Shown in pieces: positions 18,769 through 28,958 of a stretch of 64,000 nucleotides of DNA. The notes below the pieces were generated by a model, which did not search any database, was not told the origin of the DNA, and worked only from the letters and a program-made list of their open reading frames with translations. Position numbers and translations under genes: made by a program. Source of the DNA: a virus; the IMG/VR virus record IMGVR_UViG_3300026488_000010, one strand, 5' to 3'. Each line of letters opens with the position of its first letter. Position 1 is the first letter of the stretch.

Positions 18769-19641
18769 TTAAAAATTAAAAATGTCAAATAATCTGTCAT
18801 GTGCTTTATAATTAACATTAACTGTTGCCCCATTAATAAACATAACTGATTTTTGTAGCGCTGCTATCAATTCTTTATCTATTATTTCATCAAAGATTGG
18901 TACAAGTAATTCAAAATGATCATCATACAAATTTAATAGTTTTGTATCAATTTTTGGAATTTTTAATCTAAATAAAAGCCCTGTATGATCAATGATTTTT
19001 AATTTACCATCAATTAACAATACGTTACCTTTTATATTTGAAATCCACATATACATAATAGGTGATCCAATATCATATGATGCTAATTGTTTATATAATT
19101 TTTGTAATAAATTTTTGAATCGTGGTTTAGTTAGATCGTTAAATGTTACATCAGGACCTTGTAAATTTTCTGATATGAAATAACCGTTTTTATATTCTAA
19201 ATTATTTACAACAGGGCTTGAATTTGATAATTTTAATAGTTCTGATATATATAATTGATATTCAGTTTCCCATGAAACACCAATTTTTGATACTGCAAGT
19301 TTTTTCCACTCATAAAACGTATCAATAATAAATGATAAATCAATGTCTCGTTTTTTTTCTAATTTTTTTAATCTTTTGATGGGATTGTGTATCCAAGTAT
19401 CTAATATACTTTCTATGCACCCTTCAGAAATTGCGTTAATTCGTTGTTTATTATAATGATCAATAATATATTCTTCTGATTTATAAATATTGTTTTGATA
19501 CACAAAATAATTGCTTGTAGTGTTCTCCAATATTTCAATATTATGAACATCTTCGTCTTTTAGATCAAAAGCATCCATGAATCTCTTTAATTCTACTCGT
19601 AATTTAATATCTTCAATTTTTTTAGATTCTGTTAAAATCAT
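18769..19641 (-). CDS. Kinase-like (APH/RIO-type) fold protein with atypical catalytic loop
   Basis: YFISENLQG, SNIKGNVLL, LKIIDH. Confidence 0.45.
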   Translation of the reverse strand: MILTESKKIEDIKLRVELKRFMDAFDLKDEDVHNIEILENTTSNYFVYQNNIYKSEEYIIDHYNKQRINAISEGCIESILDTWIHNPIKRLKKLEKKRDIDLSFIIDTFYEWKKLAVSKIGVSWETEYQLYISELLKLSNSSPVVNNLEYKNGYFISENLQGPDVTFNDLTKPRFKNLLQKLYKQLASYDIGSPIMYMWISNIKGNVLLIDGKLKIIDHTGLLFRLKIPKIDTKLLNLYDDHFELLVPIFDEIIDKELIAALQKSVMFINGATVNVNYKAHDRLFDIFNF

Positions 19642-19716
19642 TTAATTTCCTTTATGTTTAGTGCTTTTCTAGAATTGTCTACGTTACCTTTTTCTTTTTC
19701 GTACTTCTACCGATAT

Positions 19717-19747
19717 TTGTCCGTTCTATTCTATACAGAACGGACAA
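19717..19747 (-). terminator. Hairpin overlapping the radical SAM relic
   Basis: ttgtccgttct / agaacggacaa, 11-bp stem. Confidence 0.6.
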
Positions 19748-19824
19748 TTTTTATCACATTTACTTGTAATTCATCATTTATAGTTATATATTATTGGATC
19801 AAAATTTATTAGAACGTACACCAT
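19726..19824 (-). pseudogene. Radical SAM gene relic
   Basis: One frame reads MVYVLINFDPIIYNYK**ITSKCDKNCPFCIE*; an intact CxxxCxFC between stop codons. Confidence 0.45.
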
Positions 19825-19857
19825 ATTGTATTTTTTAAAAAATTTTTTGAATATATA

Positions 19858-20691
19858 TTAATCATTGTGAATCCAATTTTCCATTCCAAAATAACAGTAC
19901 TCATATATGCATTGAATAATTTTTGGTTCATATTTATAGTCAGATAAATATGAACCATCTATATCTCTAATCATTGATACAAAGCAGTCATATACTTTAT
20001 TATTTTGTATATGTAATGTATTGAATTGTGTCTTACATAAATAATTTTTTGAAGACATGTTATCTTTCCATATATCATAATTTGATAATTTGTCCGGCTG
20101 CTCATTATGTTGTTTTTTAAAATGATAGTCTTGTTTGATGTCGTCAAATATTTTTTGATGTTCTAATGTTCTCAAATGTTTTGTACTAGGAGCAGATGAT
20201 GTGCTAGAATTGATGATTGGGCAAAATTGAACATTTTTAAATATTTTTTTTAATTTAAAATATTCAGAATAGTCCGCATCTTCGTGACCCATATATGCTA
20301 TCTCATTCACAAGTTTTGATGACACATTTTTTACAAATTCTTTTAAAGTTGTTGATTGGGAATGATATGAATAATTGATTTTGCAATGATCATATACGGG
20401 ACTATTGAAAACTTCTGGATTTGATCCATTTGTTTGAATAATAATCTTAACTTTTGATTGCTTATATTGCTTTAAATGTTTTACAATTGAATCCAATCCT
20501 GGATATAATGTTGGTTCTCCACCATATATAAATACTTCATTATCTCGCTGATTGTGGTTATATAACTCATTTAATAAATTATCTAAACCAATCATATCAA
20601 AAGCTAATAACGCTTTTGAATTATCATGCATATCTGTACAGTAATTACAATTATAATTACAAGTTTCATTTAATCGTATTTCTATTCTCAT
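19858..20691 (-). CDS. Radical SAM protein with twitch-like C-terminus
   Basis: CNYNCNYC, YGGEPTLYP, QTNGS, CIYEYC. Confidence 0.9.
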   Translation of the reverse strand: MRIEIRLNETCNYNCNYCTDMHDNSKALLAFDMIGLDNLLNELYNHNQRDNEVFIYGGEPTLYPGLDSIVKHLKQYKQSKVKIIIQTNGSNPEVFNSPVYDHCKINYSYHSQSTTLKEFVKNVSSKLVNEIAYMGHEDADYSEYFKLKKIFKNVQFCPIINSSTSSAPSTKHLRTLEHQKIFDDIKQDYHFKKQHNEQPDKLSNYDIWKDNMSSKNYLCKTQFNTLHIQNNKVYDCFVSMIRDIDGSYLSDYKYEPKIIQCIYEYCYFGMENWIHND

Positions 20692-20705
20692 AATGTTACT
20701 AGTCC

Positions 20706-21635
20706 TTATTTTTCTTTTTTTATTTTTAATAATCCATCACATGAACAATAATCGAATGGGCATCTTTTAGGTTCAATGCTATCAATATTCTGAAAATATT
20801 TTTTAATTGGATGTTTTTCCGTATCAAAGCATAATTGACCAACTCTGCAATCCAAACCTATTTCATAATTATTATTCCAACATTTCCAGTCTTTAAACAT
20901 GTTGATTTTACTTTCAAATATTTCTGTATCTGTTTTATAAAATTCTTTTCTATCTTTATCGATAAAGATAAACTCTTTATAATCTCGTTCTTTTAAGTAC
21001 TCAAATTCTTTATAGAACTCTTTAGAATAACGAACATTCTTGTGCTGATCAATATAAATATAATGTGGATGAACTTCAATATTATCATATCTATCTAACA
21101 TCATTATCATCCGTTGAATACGTTTCCAGTACTCTTTTTTTGGATGCAACATAACATTGACTTTGATACGATAACCTTTATTTTGCATTATTAATATATT
21201 TTTGAGAAAAGTTTTATCAGATTCGTCATCAGCATATTCAACATGGTAACTAAACAGTGTATACATTTTAGAGTTAGATTTTTGACAATCTTCGAAAAAG
21301 TTTTGCTTCGAACCATTAGTTGTTATATATAATCTAGAATCTTTATGAGTTAAAACTTTTTCTTCTATCAATTTTATCAATTTATGATATCTATGATGTG
21401 ATGTTGGTTCTCCACCCAATAGTCCTAGAAATATTGGAAGTTTTGCTTTTGATAATTCTTCAATAACTTCTAACTGTTTTGTCCAATTCCCTGGACGCAT
21501 CCATGAATCTTTATACTGTTCAGTTGCATAACAATAAGAACATTTATATTCACATACTGTTGTTATATCCCAATGAATATATAATCGTTGAACTTTGTGT
21601 CCTTCTCCCAGTTGTTTTATAAACATATTTTCCAT
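20706..21635 (-). CDS. Radical SAM protein with twitch-like C-terminus
   Basis: WDITTVCEYKCSYC, LGGEPT, TTNGS, CPFDYCSCDG. Confidence 0.9.
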   Translation of the reverse strand: MENMFIKQLGEGHKVQRLYIHWDITTVCEYKCSYCYATEQYKDSWMRPGNWTKQLEVIEELSKAKLPIFLGLLGGEPTSHHRYHKLIKLIEEKVLTHKDSRLYITTNGSKQNFFEDCQKSNSKMYTLFSYHVEYADDESDKTFLKNILIMQNKGYRIKVNVMLHPKKEYWKRIQRMIMMLDRYDNIEVHPHYIYIDQHKNVRYSKEFYKEFEYLKERDYKEFIFIDKDRKEFYKTDTEIFESKINMFKDWKCWNNNYEIGLDCRVGQLCFDTEKHPIKKYFQNIDSIEPKRCPFDYCSCDGLLKIKKEK

Positions 21636-22228
21636 CTTAAATCCTTGTTCAGACTCGCATCTGATATATTATCTTTACCATCTTTAGTCTGAACCCAACA
21701 ATATTTTTTAATTAATTTTGATGATTTCATATTTTGAATAATTTCAAGATACAAATTATAATCATTATCTAACGCGTTCCCTGTTGGAAATTTGGTCACT
21801 GTAGATCTCTTAAAAAATAATTGTGATAATTGAAAAGTACTATTTATTTTTGGTAACATAAACTCTTTTTTTCTCTCTTCAATAGCCTCTAAAGTATTCG
21901 ATAATTTAAAGTTTAAAAAATTAAGATCTTTTTCAAAATCAATATCGTCCCAAAAATCTAAACTAAAATCATCATCTTCCAAATACCAGACATATTTAGA
22001 TGATGATTTATCAAATAAATATTTATAAATAATAGATAAATCATCAGATTTTATATACGAATATTCTATATATAAATCTGTTAATATCTCTTCTATATCA
22101 TCACTATCATTATTAACATAAATTTTTACTTCTGCTCTTAGATGGTCAGGTATTGTATTAATTAAAGATGAAATACATCTCTTAAATAAATGTGGTCGAT
22201 TATGTGTTAGTATTAAAATATCAATCAT
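21617..22228 (-). CDS. Family 2 glycosyltransferase
   Basis: ILILTHNRPHLFKRCISSL, YVWYLEDDD, DNDY. Confidence 0.75.
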   Translation of the reverse strand: MIDILILTHNRPHLFKRCISSLINTIPDHLRAEVKIYVNNDSDDIEEILTDLYIEYSYIKSDDLSIIYKYLFDKSSSKYVWYLEDDDFSLDFWDDIDFEKDLNFLNFKLSNTLEAIEERKKEFMLPKINSTFQLSQLFFKRSTVTKFPTGNALDNDYNLYLEIIQNMKSSKLIKKYCWVQTKDGKDNISDASLNKDLRWKICL

Positions 22229-23226
22229 GAATTAACCTTATAATGTAAAACATTTTTATATTTTATATCATCCTTTGGTACTAGCACAGCATCAACATTA
22301 TTAAATTCAACACCATCACAAATATATAAATCAGAACATTTAAAACATTCTGCTTTTTTTACATATGTTACTAATCTGTTATTTTTCGCGATATCAAAAA
22401 GTTCTTCCTTTGATGGAATACTCTTTGGGACACCATTAAATGTTGAAATATTCCAATCACTATCATCAAATATTTGCTGATATGTTCCATAACAATATTG
22501 TTCATAACCTCTCATAAAACATAAAGGTATATATCGAACATTAATTTTAATATCATATTTTTTTATTATATCAATAAAAGATTTTATTGCAATCGATGTT
22601 TCTAAATAATTGATATGCTCATTAGCATCTGACCATGAATTTACAGGTAATATATTTATCTGATCAGGCATTGTATCTATAATAAACTTTGAATAATTAA
22701 TCATATCATCTAAAAATAATTCATTCACTGTACAATTTATTCGAACTTCCATTTGTAATTGTTGTGCATTCTTAATGGCTTTTTTAATCTTGCAAAAAGC
22801 ATTCTTTGACTGTACAATCTCATCATGTTTATCTTCAAGATTGTGGACACTAAATAATATATCAGTCAATCCCATAAAATTCGATTTGATTATAAACTCT
22901 TCGTTGCTGAACATTGATCCATTCGTAACTGTAGATATTTTCATATGCTTTGGAATATAGTTTAATATATCAAACCAGTTAGTATGTATTGATGATTCTC
23001 CACCTGATAATTCAATCTCTGTAAATCCAGCAAGTACTATGGAATCTATATCATTTTTAATATCTTCAAAAGATTTTTTTAAATGTAATTGATCTATATA
23101 ATAACAAAAAGAACATTTATAATTACAGTTTGTACCTGTATTTAATTTTGCTCTTTTATTATGGATAAGTGCTGGTGATTCTTTAGCATCAGGTAAAAAC
23201 ATTTTATTATATAACATATTAATCAT
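22225..23226 (-). CDS. Radical SAM protein (HxsC-like C-terminal Cys cluster)
   Basis: CNYKCSFC, SGGES, VTNGS, CFKCSDLYICDG. Confidence 0.9.
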   Translation of the reverse strand: MINMLYNKMFLPDAKESPALIHNKRAKLNTGTNCNYKCSFCYYIDQLHLKKSFEDIKNDIDSIVLAGFTEIELSGGESSIHTNWFDILNYIPKHMKISTVTNGSMFSNEEFIIKSNFMGLTDILFSVHNLEDKHDEIVQSKNAFCKIKKAIKNAQQLQMEVRINCTVNELFLDDMINYSKFIIDTMPDQINILPVNSWSDANEHINYLETSIAIKSFIDIIKKYDIKINVRYIPLCFMRGYEQYCYGTYQQIFDDSDWNISTFNGVPKSIPSKEELFDIAKNNRLVTYVKKAECFKCSDLYICDGVEFNNVDAVLVPKDDIKYKNVLHYKVNS

Positions 23227-24115
23227 TTAAAATATCCTTTATAATATTAATTATTTTATCATCATCTTGTAATTGTAAATCTGTATGTTCTAAATCTAAA
23301 ATACGATTTCGTAAACCTAAATCAATATCTAAATAATCTATAACTTCTTGAGTGTATTGAACATCAATTCCAAAATATTTACATTCAACAATAAATCTAG
23401 GAGAACAATCCCATTTCGCATCTATCGGTGTGTAAACATATTTATTAAATCTTTCAAATAAATTATCAACAGGTGCTCTAAGATTTTCGACATTTTTATA
23501 GTTTCCAAAATTTGATATAACTATTTTATCACCTGGAATACGATCAATAGACTCTTGACTAATATATCGACAATTTTCAGTAGCATATATTAATGTTTTA
23601 TTATCATGTCGTGTCGGCTTCTTCAATCTTTTAAGATCAATCATCTTAATATAATTTATATGTTTAGATGTTTGATATGCACTCTGGTCTAATAGAATAT
23701 GGTAGTTTGGTTTATCAATATCTATAACCTTTTTATCCCCACATGCAAACATAAAAACATTATCCATTAATAATGTACAATGTTTTTGAATATTGGTTAT
23801 CGCACCATCTGTAAAAAATATATTAGTGCCTCTCAATAATTTTGGCGAATCTAAAAAAATGGTGTTTGATAATAGTTCTTCTAATTCATTATCAGATATC
23901 AGGTACTTATCAAGTATTGCTTTTGTAAATGTTTTTTTATCTAAATCGCACATCAATATTGCAACAGAAATGTGCTTTTTCAAAAGGTTATAATAATCAA
24001 TAACTTCAAAAGTGTGCCCACATATACCGTGCTTAACGGTGCTCCAGGAATATGTTAAATATAAATTATATTCATTTAAAGTTTGTATGCTTGATTTCAT
24101 GCTTGATTTTTTCAT
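23219..24115 (-). CDS. GT-B-fold glycosyltransferase-like protein
   Basis: DCSPRFIVECKYFGIDV resembles the GT-B nucleotide-sugar binding motif; paralogue of 24702..25502. Confidence 0.45.
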   Translation of the reverse strand: MKKSSMKSSIQTLNEYNLYLTYSWSTVKHGICGHTFEVIDYYNLLKKHISVAILMCDLDKKTFTKAILDKYLISDNELEELLSNTIFLDSPKLLRGTNIFFTDGAITNIQKHCTLLMDNVFMFACGDKKVIDIDKPNYHILLDQSAYQTSKHINYIKMIDLKRLKKPTRHDNKTLIYATENCRYISQESIDRIPGDKIVISNFGNYKNVENLRAPVDNLFERFNKYVYTPIDAKWDCSPRFIVECKYFGIDVQYTQEVIDYLDIDLGLRNRILDLEHTDLQLQDDDKIINIIKDILND

Positions 24116-24702
24116 ATTATCTCCGAATTAAATATGTCATTTGTGTCACCAATTAAATGTTTTATATCTTGTGGTCGTATATATCGTTTATATTCTTTTA
24201 AGATTTTAAATATATTTTTTTTACTTAAAAAACTTTTTGATCCAATATTTAATGCTGCGTCTAATCGCACATAAATGTTTTTAGATGCAGCAAAATTAAT
24301 AAAGGTTTCTAGATTTTTGATATTGTTATTATCTATTACTACAGTGTATTGTACTTTATGATCAGGATCGTCAACAATATCAACATCTATTAAATTTTCA
24401 GAACAGTGATAAATATATGAATCAATTAAATGATAATATATATTATATCTTTTAAGGAACATACCATTAGTTGTAACATTTATTATACTTTTTTTATCAA
24501 TCAATATATCAAATATTTTTCGCATTTGAGTATCATCTACTAAACCAGGTTCCCCACCTGTAATCGTAACTTTTGAATATTCTTTAATACTTTTTAATGA
24601 ATTGAGAACTTCATTATCATTGATTGATCGCTTATTGTGTGTGTCAACTATACAATACTGACACTTCCAGTTGCATTCAAATGTGATAGGAACACAATAC
24701 AT
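24112..24702 (-). CDS. Short radical SAM protein (196 aa)
   Basis: CNWKCQYC, TGGEPG, TTNG. Confidence 0.85.
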   Translation of the reverse strand: MYCVPITFECNWKCQYCIVDTHNKRSINDNEVLNSLKSIKEYSKVTITGGEPGLVDDTQMRKIFDILIDKKSIINVTTNGMFLKRYNIYYHLIDSYIYHCSENLIDVDIVDDPDHKVQYTVVIDNNNIKNLETFINFAASKNIYVRLDAALNIGSKSFLSKKNIFKILKEYKRYIRPQDIKHLIGDTNDIFNSEII

Positions 24703-25502
24703 TAGGTGCTCCTAGCAGTCATAGCAACTATCATTTTATCTGATTCATCTATTGTATAATCTTTTAGACCATTTCTTTTAATATCATTATATCTGATTAT
24801 AGTTGAGTCAATAATATCTGTTTCATTCTCTATTATTAATTTAGTATCATAATAAAATGCTTCTGGAATTATTCTATTATTTGTATCGAGCATCTGATGA
24901 ACATATAATATAGTGCAGCATTCTTCAAATATTGATATTGATTTATCAAGATGTTTTAATATAACATTTTTTAAATTATATTTTTTTGTGTACTCTTTAA
25001 TATTTAATTGTTCTGGTACTCGACTAGATATGAATGTTTTAGTTCCCGATGATTGAATATCTTTCATAATATCAAAATTTAACTTTAACTTACATTTAAT
25101 ATCAAAATCTTGATAATCATATTCACCATAAAATATTACTTGTTGTTTCTTCGGCATCATATAACTATGAGACTCATTACTATACACATGCATAGGGCAT
25201 TGTAAAAAACAATATACCTCGTGATATGTTCTGAGATCTAATATTAATGCTTTATTTATTCTGATATTATATAAAGATGTTGTCGTAGTACTTTTGAACT
25301 TTTTAAATAAGTGCTCAATGTTTTTATATTTATTAGAAAACGATCTTTTAAGATCGTTTAGATCTTGATCATTTATATTTACTAATAAAAATTCTAAGTC
25401 TGGATCGTTTTGTGATAAATATGCAAAATATTCAAAAGCATAATAGACTGAACCATTATACTTTTGATGAACATACCATTTGTATATTACTACATTTTTC
25501 AT
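24702..25502 (-). CDS. GT-B-fold glycosyltransferase-like protein
   Basis: DTNNRIIPEAFYYD; N-terminal NGSVYYAFEYF matches CGHTFEVIDYY of 23219..24115. Confidence 0.45.
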   Translation of the reverse strand: MKNVVIYKWYVHQKYNGSVYYAFEYFAYLSQNDPDLEFLLVNINDQDLNDLKRSFSNKYKNIEHLFKKFKSTTTTSLYNIRINKALILDLRTYHEVYCFLQCPMHVYSNESHSYMMPKKQQVIFYGEYDYQDFDIKCKLKLNFDIMKDIQSSGTKTFISSRVPEQLNIKEYTKKYNLKNVILKHLDKSISIFEECCTILYVHQMLDTNNRIIPEAFYYDTKLIIENETDIIDSTIIRYNDIKRNGLKDYTIDESDKMIVAMTARST

Positions 25503-25514
25503 TTTTTTATTTTT

Positions 25515-26120
25515 TTATTTTGAAGACGTTAACGTCTTAATGATTTCAGAATAAATCTCCAGGACCTGTTCTTGTGATGTTGCATCTTTCATATCTCTAT
25601 AAAAAGTCATGTATAACTCTTCTAAATAAGAGCTACGAGCAATAACATCACGAGCATTTAAATATTCTTCAAGTTTATCAATTAACAATTCATCTTCTGT
25701 TTCCAAGATTTGCAGATAAACTTCTTCTTTATTATCATCATGGATAAAATAACCTTTATCACATAAAGTATTATTAATATTAATATATTGATACATCATG
25801 AGACCAGAAGTGTTTGCTTGTTGGTGCGATACCATTTGGCGAGCTTTTTTCATATATATCATTTTCTGAGATGATAGATCATCAGTATCTGGTTCAATGA
25901 TAATTAAATCATGTTCCTGTACATCAATACCCTGATAATCCGAAACGATTCTTACAAGTTTATTAGCATTCATTGCGATTCTAATAGCGACATCTGCTGT
26001 TTGACTCAAACCTAAGAATCTATTATTTTTTTCAAAATCTTGTGTTAAAGAGCTACTAATATACTCAACTTCATAATATTTGCCGTGGTCAATTACCGCA
26101 GCTACACTGTATACCATCAT
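25515..26120 (-). CDS. Hypothetical protein cotranscribed with the Cys-repeat gene
   Basis: ORF track, AAGGA RBS. Confidence 0.7.
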   Translation of the reverse strand: MMVYSVAAVIDHGKYYEVEYISSSLTQDFEKNNRFLGLSQTADVAIRIAMNANKLVRIVSDYQGIDVQEHDLIIIEPDTDDLSSQKMIYMKKARQMVSHQQANTSGLMMYQYININNTLCDKGYFIHDDNKEEVYLQILETEDELLIDKLEEYLNARDVIARSSYLEELYMTFYRDMKDATSQEQVLEIYSEIIKTLTSSK

Positions 26121-26130
26121 TTTTTATTCC

Positions 26131-26976
26131 TTAAAAATCTAATAGATCTTTTAATAGATCATATCTTACACCGTAAAAACCAGTTACTGTTTCTACAACA
26201 TATTCTGCTAATCCTAATTCAATTAGCTCTTGAGCCATTACCCCAACTTGTTTACCAGAATCTAAAATTAATTCTGAATATTCATCTTTATATTCATACT
26301 CGTAGATTGGAACATATTTACCATCAAGTTTTCTAGTACATATATATGTAATATTTTTCTTTAATCTCATATCAGAGTAATGACACCCACAATCAGTATT
26401 ACACACACATTGAGAATTACATGAACAATCAGAATTACATAAACATTGTTTGGATATTTGTTCAAACTTTGTAATGATTTCATTGTGATAAGACATTTTA
26501 ATTTTTGTATTTCTATCAATACTTGATACATTCGATGTTACAGACATATATGTATTTAAAGTATTGATAACTTCAGCAACCGCTTGCCAATGTGATAACG
26601 ATATCTTTGAACCACTTGTTGCATTAAATGATGCTACTGTTGCATAAAAGTTGCCATTACCACCAGACATTGACCAATTCTCTTGTAAAGAATTTACTGC
26701 AAATTTTAAAGCATTAATATCTTTATGACTAATTTTGATATTAGTTCCAGATGCAAAAGATAATGAAGGCCAACCTGTGGTATTTGTACCATGATGTTGA
26801 GTACATGTAATATTAACTTCATATGTATCCTCAACATAGTTTGTACCATGTCCTTTAGTTACAGTCCAAGCTGATGCGGGACTTACTCTCCCAGCATCAA
26901 CCCTTCCTGTAACCGCACTAGGTGTTTTTGTATGTGTCGGTGTACTTGTACTTGTAATACCATCATTAAATCCCAT
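26131..26976 (-). CDS. Virion-type protein with (CxCNxx)4 repeat and C-terminal peptidase S74 intramolecular chaperone
   Basis: CLCNSDCSCNSQCVCNTDCGCHY followed by SDMRLKKNI...IYEYEY...GVMAQE...VRY. Confidence 0.85.
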   Translation of the reverse strand: MGFNDGITSTSTPTHTKTPSAVTGRVDAGRVSPASAWTVTKGHGTNYVEDTYEVNITCTQHHGTNTTGWPSLSFASGTNIKISHKDINALKFAVNSLQENWSMSGGNGNFYATVASFNATSGSKISLSHWQAVAEVINTLNTYMSVTSNVSSIDRNTKIKMSYHNEIITKFEQISKQCLCNSDCSCNSQCVCNTDCGCHYSDMRLKKNITYICTRKLDGKYVPIYEYEYKDEYSELILDSGKQVGVMAQELIELGLAEYVVETVTGFYGVRYDLLKDLLDF

Positions 26977-26986
26977 TATAATTCCT

Positions 26987-28117
26987 TTATTTTCGTAGTT
27001 TTAAATATCTTTGAACAGTTCTATCAATTAAACCAAAAAGTTTATACACTTCACATAAATCATCTTTAGGATCATGATAAGCTTCTTCATAACTTTTATC
27101 AGATACTTCAACATTTATAATTGGGCATTGATAACATACAGTAGCTGAACAGCCTTTACAATGTTCGGGTAATATCAATAATTCTTTATGTTTTTTGTGA
27201 GAAGTCATTACAGACTCAGCAATATTATCAACACTACCAATTATGAATTCTTCTTTTTTATCTACATATAGTGCACCATGACATACTAACATATTACCAT
27301 CTAAATCAATATTTGCAATATTGATTCCAGCTGTACACATTGCTCGATCACCTGTACCAAACCATGTGAATAAAAATTTACCATTTTCTTCAAAGTATTT
27401 AATTTCTCTTTTTGCCAATTCTGTAAAATCTTTTTCTAATTTATCTAATAACTTTTGTTCTATTAAATATTTGTTAGTGTATTCTATAGTAGGTGACCAT
27501 GAGATCCAAGGTAATTCTTTAGATAATTCATAATAATGTTCCCAATGTTTAACAATATTTGGTAACTCTTCAACAGGTAAAGTTCCTTTAATTGAGAAAT
27601 TAATTTCTGGAAAATTCGAACTTAAATATTTAATTGAGGACAATACTCGTTGTTGAGTGCCTTTACCTGAATGGTCCACTCGATACTTATCATGACCAAT
27701 ACCATCATAAGATACTTGAAATGAAAATCTCGAATCATCTATACCATATTCTCGAAATTTATAAATTATTGATGATATAGTTAAAGCATTTAATCCATTA
27801 GTGTAAAAAAAGAAATCAATAGGGTCATTTTTATATGCTTCCAATACTTCAAATATTAATTTTGTATTTAGAGTAGGTTCCCCACCCCAGAAGTCCAATG
27901 TTATTCCATTATATTCTTTTTGGAACTCTGCATCAATGAGCAAATCATTAATTATTTTAATAATATCTAGATCTTGTTTTTTTGTGTTTTGAAGTTCTTC
28001 TCCTTCAAAACAATAAGTACATGCCATATCACATTTCTGAGTAGTTGTGACTTCGAGTGCAAAATATTTTTTTGTAGGCAATGGTCCTGCTTTATTTATC
28101 ATAGGATCATTTATCAT
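26987..28117 (-). CDS. Radical SAM/SPASM maturase-like protein
   Basis: CDMACTYC, FWGGEP, CTAG...DLDGNMLVCH, CKGCSATVCYQCP, LCEVY. Confidence 0.9.
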   Translation of the reverse strand: MINDPMINKAGPLPTKKYFALEVTTTQKCDMACTYCFEGEELQNTKKQDLDIIKIINDLLIDAEFQKEYNGITLDFWGGEPTLNTKLIFEVLEAYKNDPIDFFFYTNGLNALTISSIIYKFREYGIDDSRFSFQVSYDGIGHDKYRVDHSGKGTQQRVLSSIKYLSSNFPEINFSIKGTLPVEELPNIVKHWEHYYELSKELPWISWSPTIEYTNKYLIEQKLLDKLEKDFTELAKREIKYFEENGKFLFTWFGTGDRAMCTAGINIANIDLDGNMLVCHGALYVDKKEEFIIGSVDNIAESVMTSHKKHKELLILPEHCKGCSATVCYQCPIINVEVSDKSYEEAYHDPKDDLCEVYKLFGLIDRTVQRYLKLRK

Positions 28118-28377
28118 TATTGTTCACCAAAAATATTAGCTAAAATTGTATCATATGTTTTATCATCTAATTTTGTTTTATCAATTGCTGCATTGTTTGC
28201 AGACACAGTTAATGTTTTAAATGCCTCTGTTGTAAAATTTAAAATATTTTTTGATGTTTGTTCAAACCCGGCAGCCTTAAATAATAAACCGGCCTCTAAT
28301 ACATGTTGTATCGCACCCTGAATCAACTGCTCATGAGTTACTTCTACTTCTTCTACTTCTTCTATCTCATCATTCAT
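28117..28377 (-). CDS. Small acidic helical protein
   Basis: ORF track; EEVEEVEV start. Confidence 0.65.
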   Translation of the reverse strand: MNDEIEEVEEVEVTHEQLIQGAIQHVLEAGLLFKAAGFEQTSKNILNFTTEAFKTLTVSANNAAIDKTKLDDKTYDTILANIFGEQ

Positions 28378-28913
28378 TATATTTTTCCTCTTAATGTTTC
28401 TTGTATTAAATCTAAAGTGTATTTATCTTGTTTAATTATTATATGTTGTATATCATTAATTTCTAAGAATTGTTTAATCTTATTATCTAATTCTTTCGCT
28501 TCAACAATATCTTGACTTCTACCACCTTCAAAGAATCCATATAATGCTGAACGTTCTAAAAAAATATTTAAATTGTTATATCTATTATATTGTTCAATCA
28601 TAAAATCATTGAATTCAACATGTGCAATATGATTAGCATCACAATAATTTAGTCCCATGACAAATGGTGAATCATGAACTGCTACTTCAACGCAACGATC
28701 CAATCTCTTCATACGACGATGTTGCTCACCTGCAACATGTAACTGATCATTTAATAATTCATATGATTCATCATATATTAACTCTTTAGCATATTCTTGG
28801 GTCATATCAGCATCTATACCTTTCTTTTTTAATAAAGATGTTAACTCCATTGCAAGTGTGGATTTACCAACACCTGGACCGGCAAAGAAATTTATATGTA
28901 ACGCATTTTTCAT
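28377..28913 (-). CDS. P-loop NTPase/nucleotide kinase (NadR/AAA_28-like)
   Basis: GPGVGKST Walker A, EYAKEL, HDSP. Confidence 0.8.
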   Translation of the reverse strand: MKNALHINFFAGPGVGKSTLAMELTSLLKKKGIDADMTQEYAKELIYDESYELLNDQLHVAGEQHRRMKRLDRCVEVAVHDSPFVMGLNYCDANHIAHVEFNDFMIEQYNRYNNLNIFLERSALYGFFEGGRSQDIVEAKELDNKIKQFLEINDIQHIIIKQDKYTLDLIQETLRGKI

Positions 28914-28922
28914 TATTTATCC

Positions 28923-28958
28923 TTCTACTATCTTTTACTATCTTTTACTATCTTCTAC
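28923..28958. repeat. 10-bp tandem repeat (tt(c/t)tactatc) x3.6 across a stop codon
   Basis: Read directly; includes the stop of 28938..29945. Confidence 0.85.

Noticed and set aside
19726-19824. Recoded TGA (Trp or Sec) making the rSAM relic functional
   Set aside because: TGA is a normal stop elsewhere (ATGA overlaps at 22225 and 32703), and a TAG follows the motif after two codons.
24112-24702. QueE and a 7-deazaguanine DNA-modification pathway
   Set aside because: No folE, queD, queC or dpdA-like gene is recognisable in the window; the rSAM motif alone is not specific.
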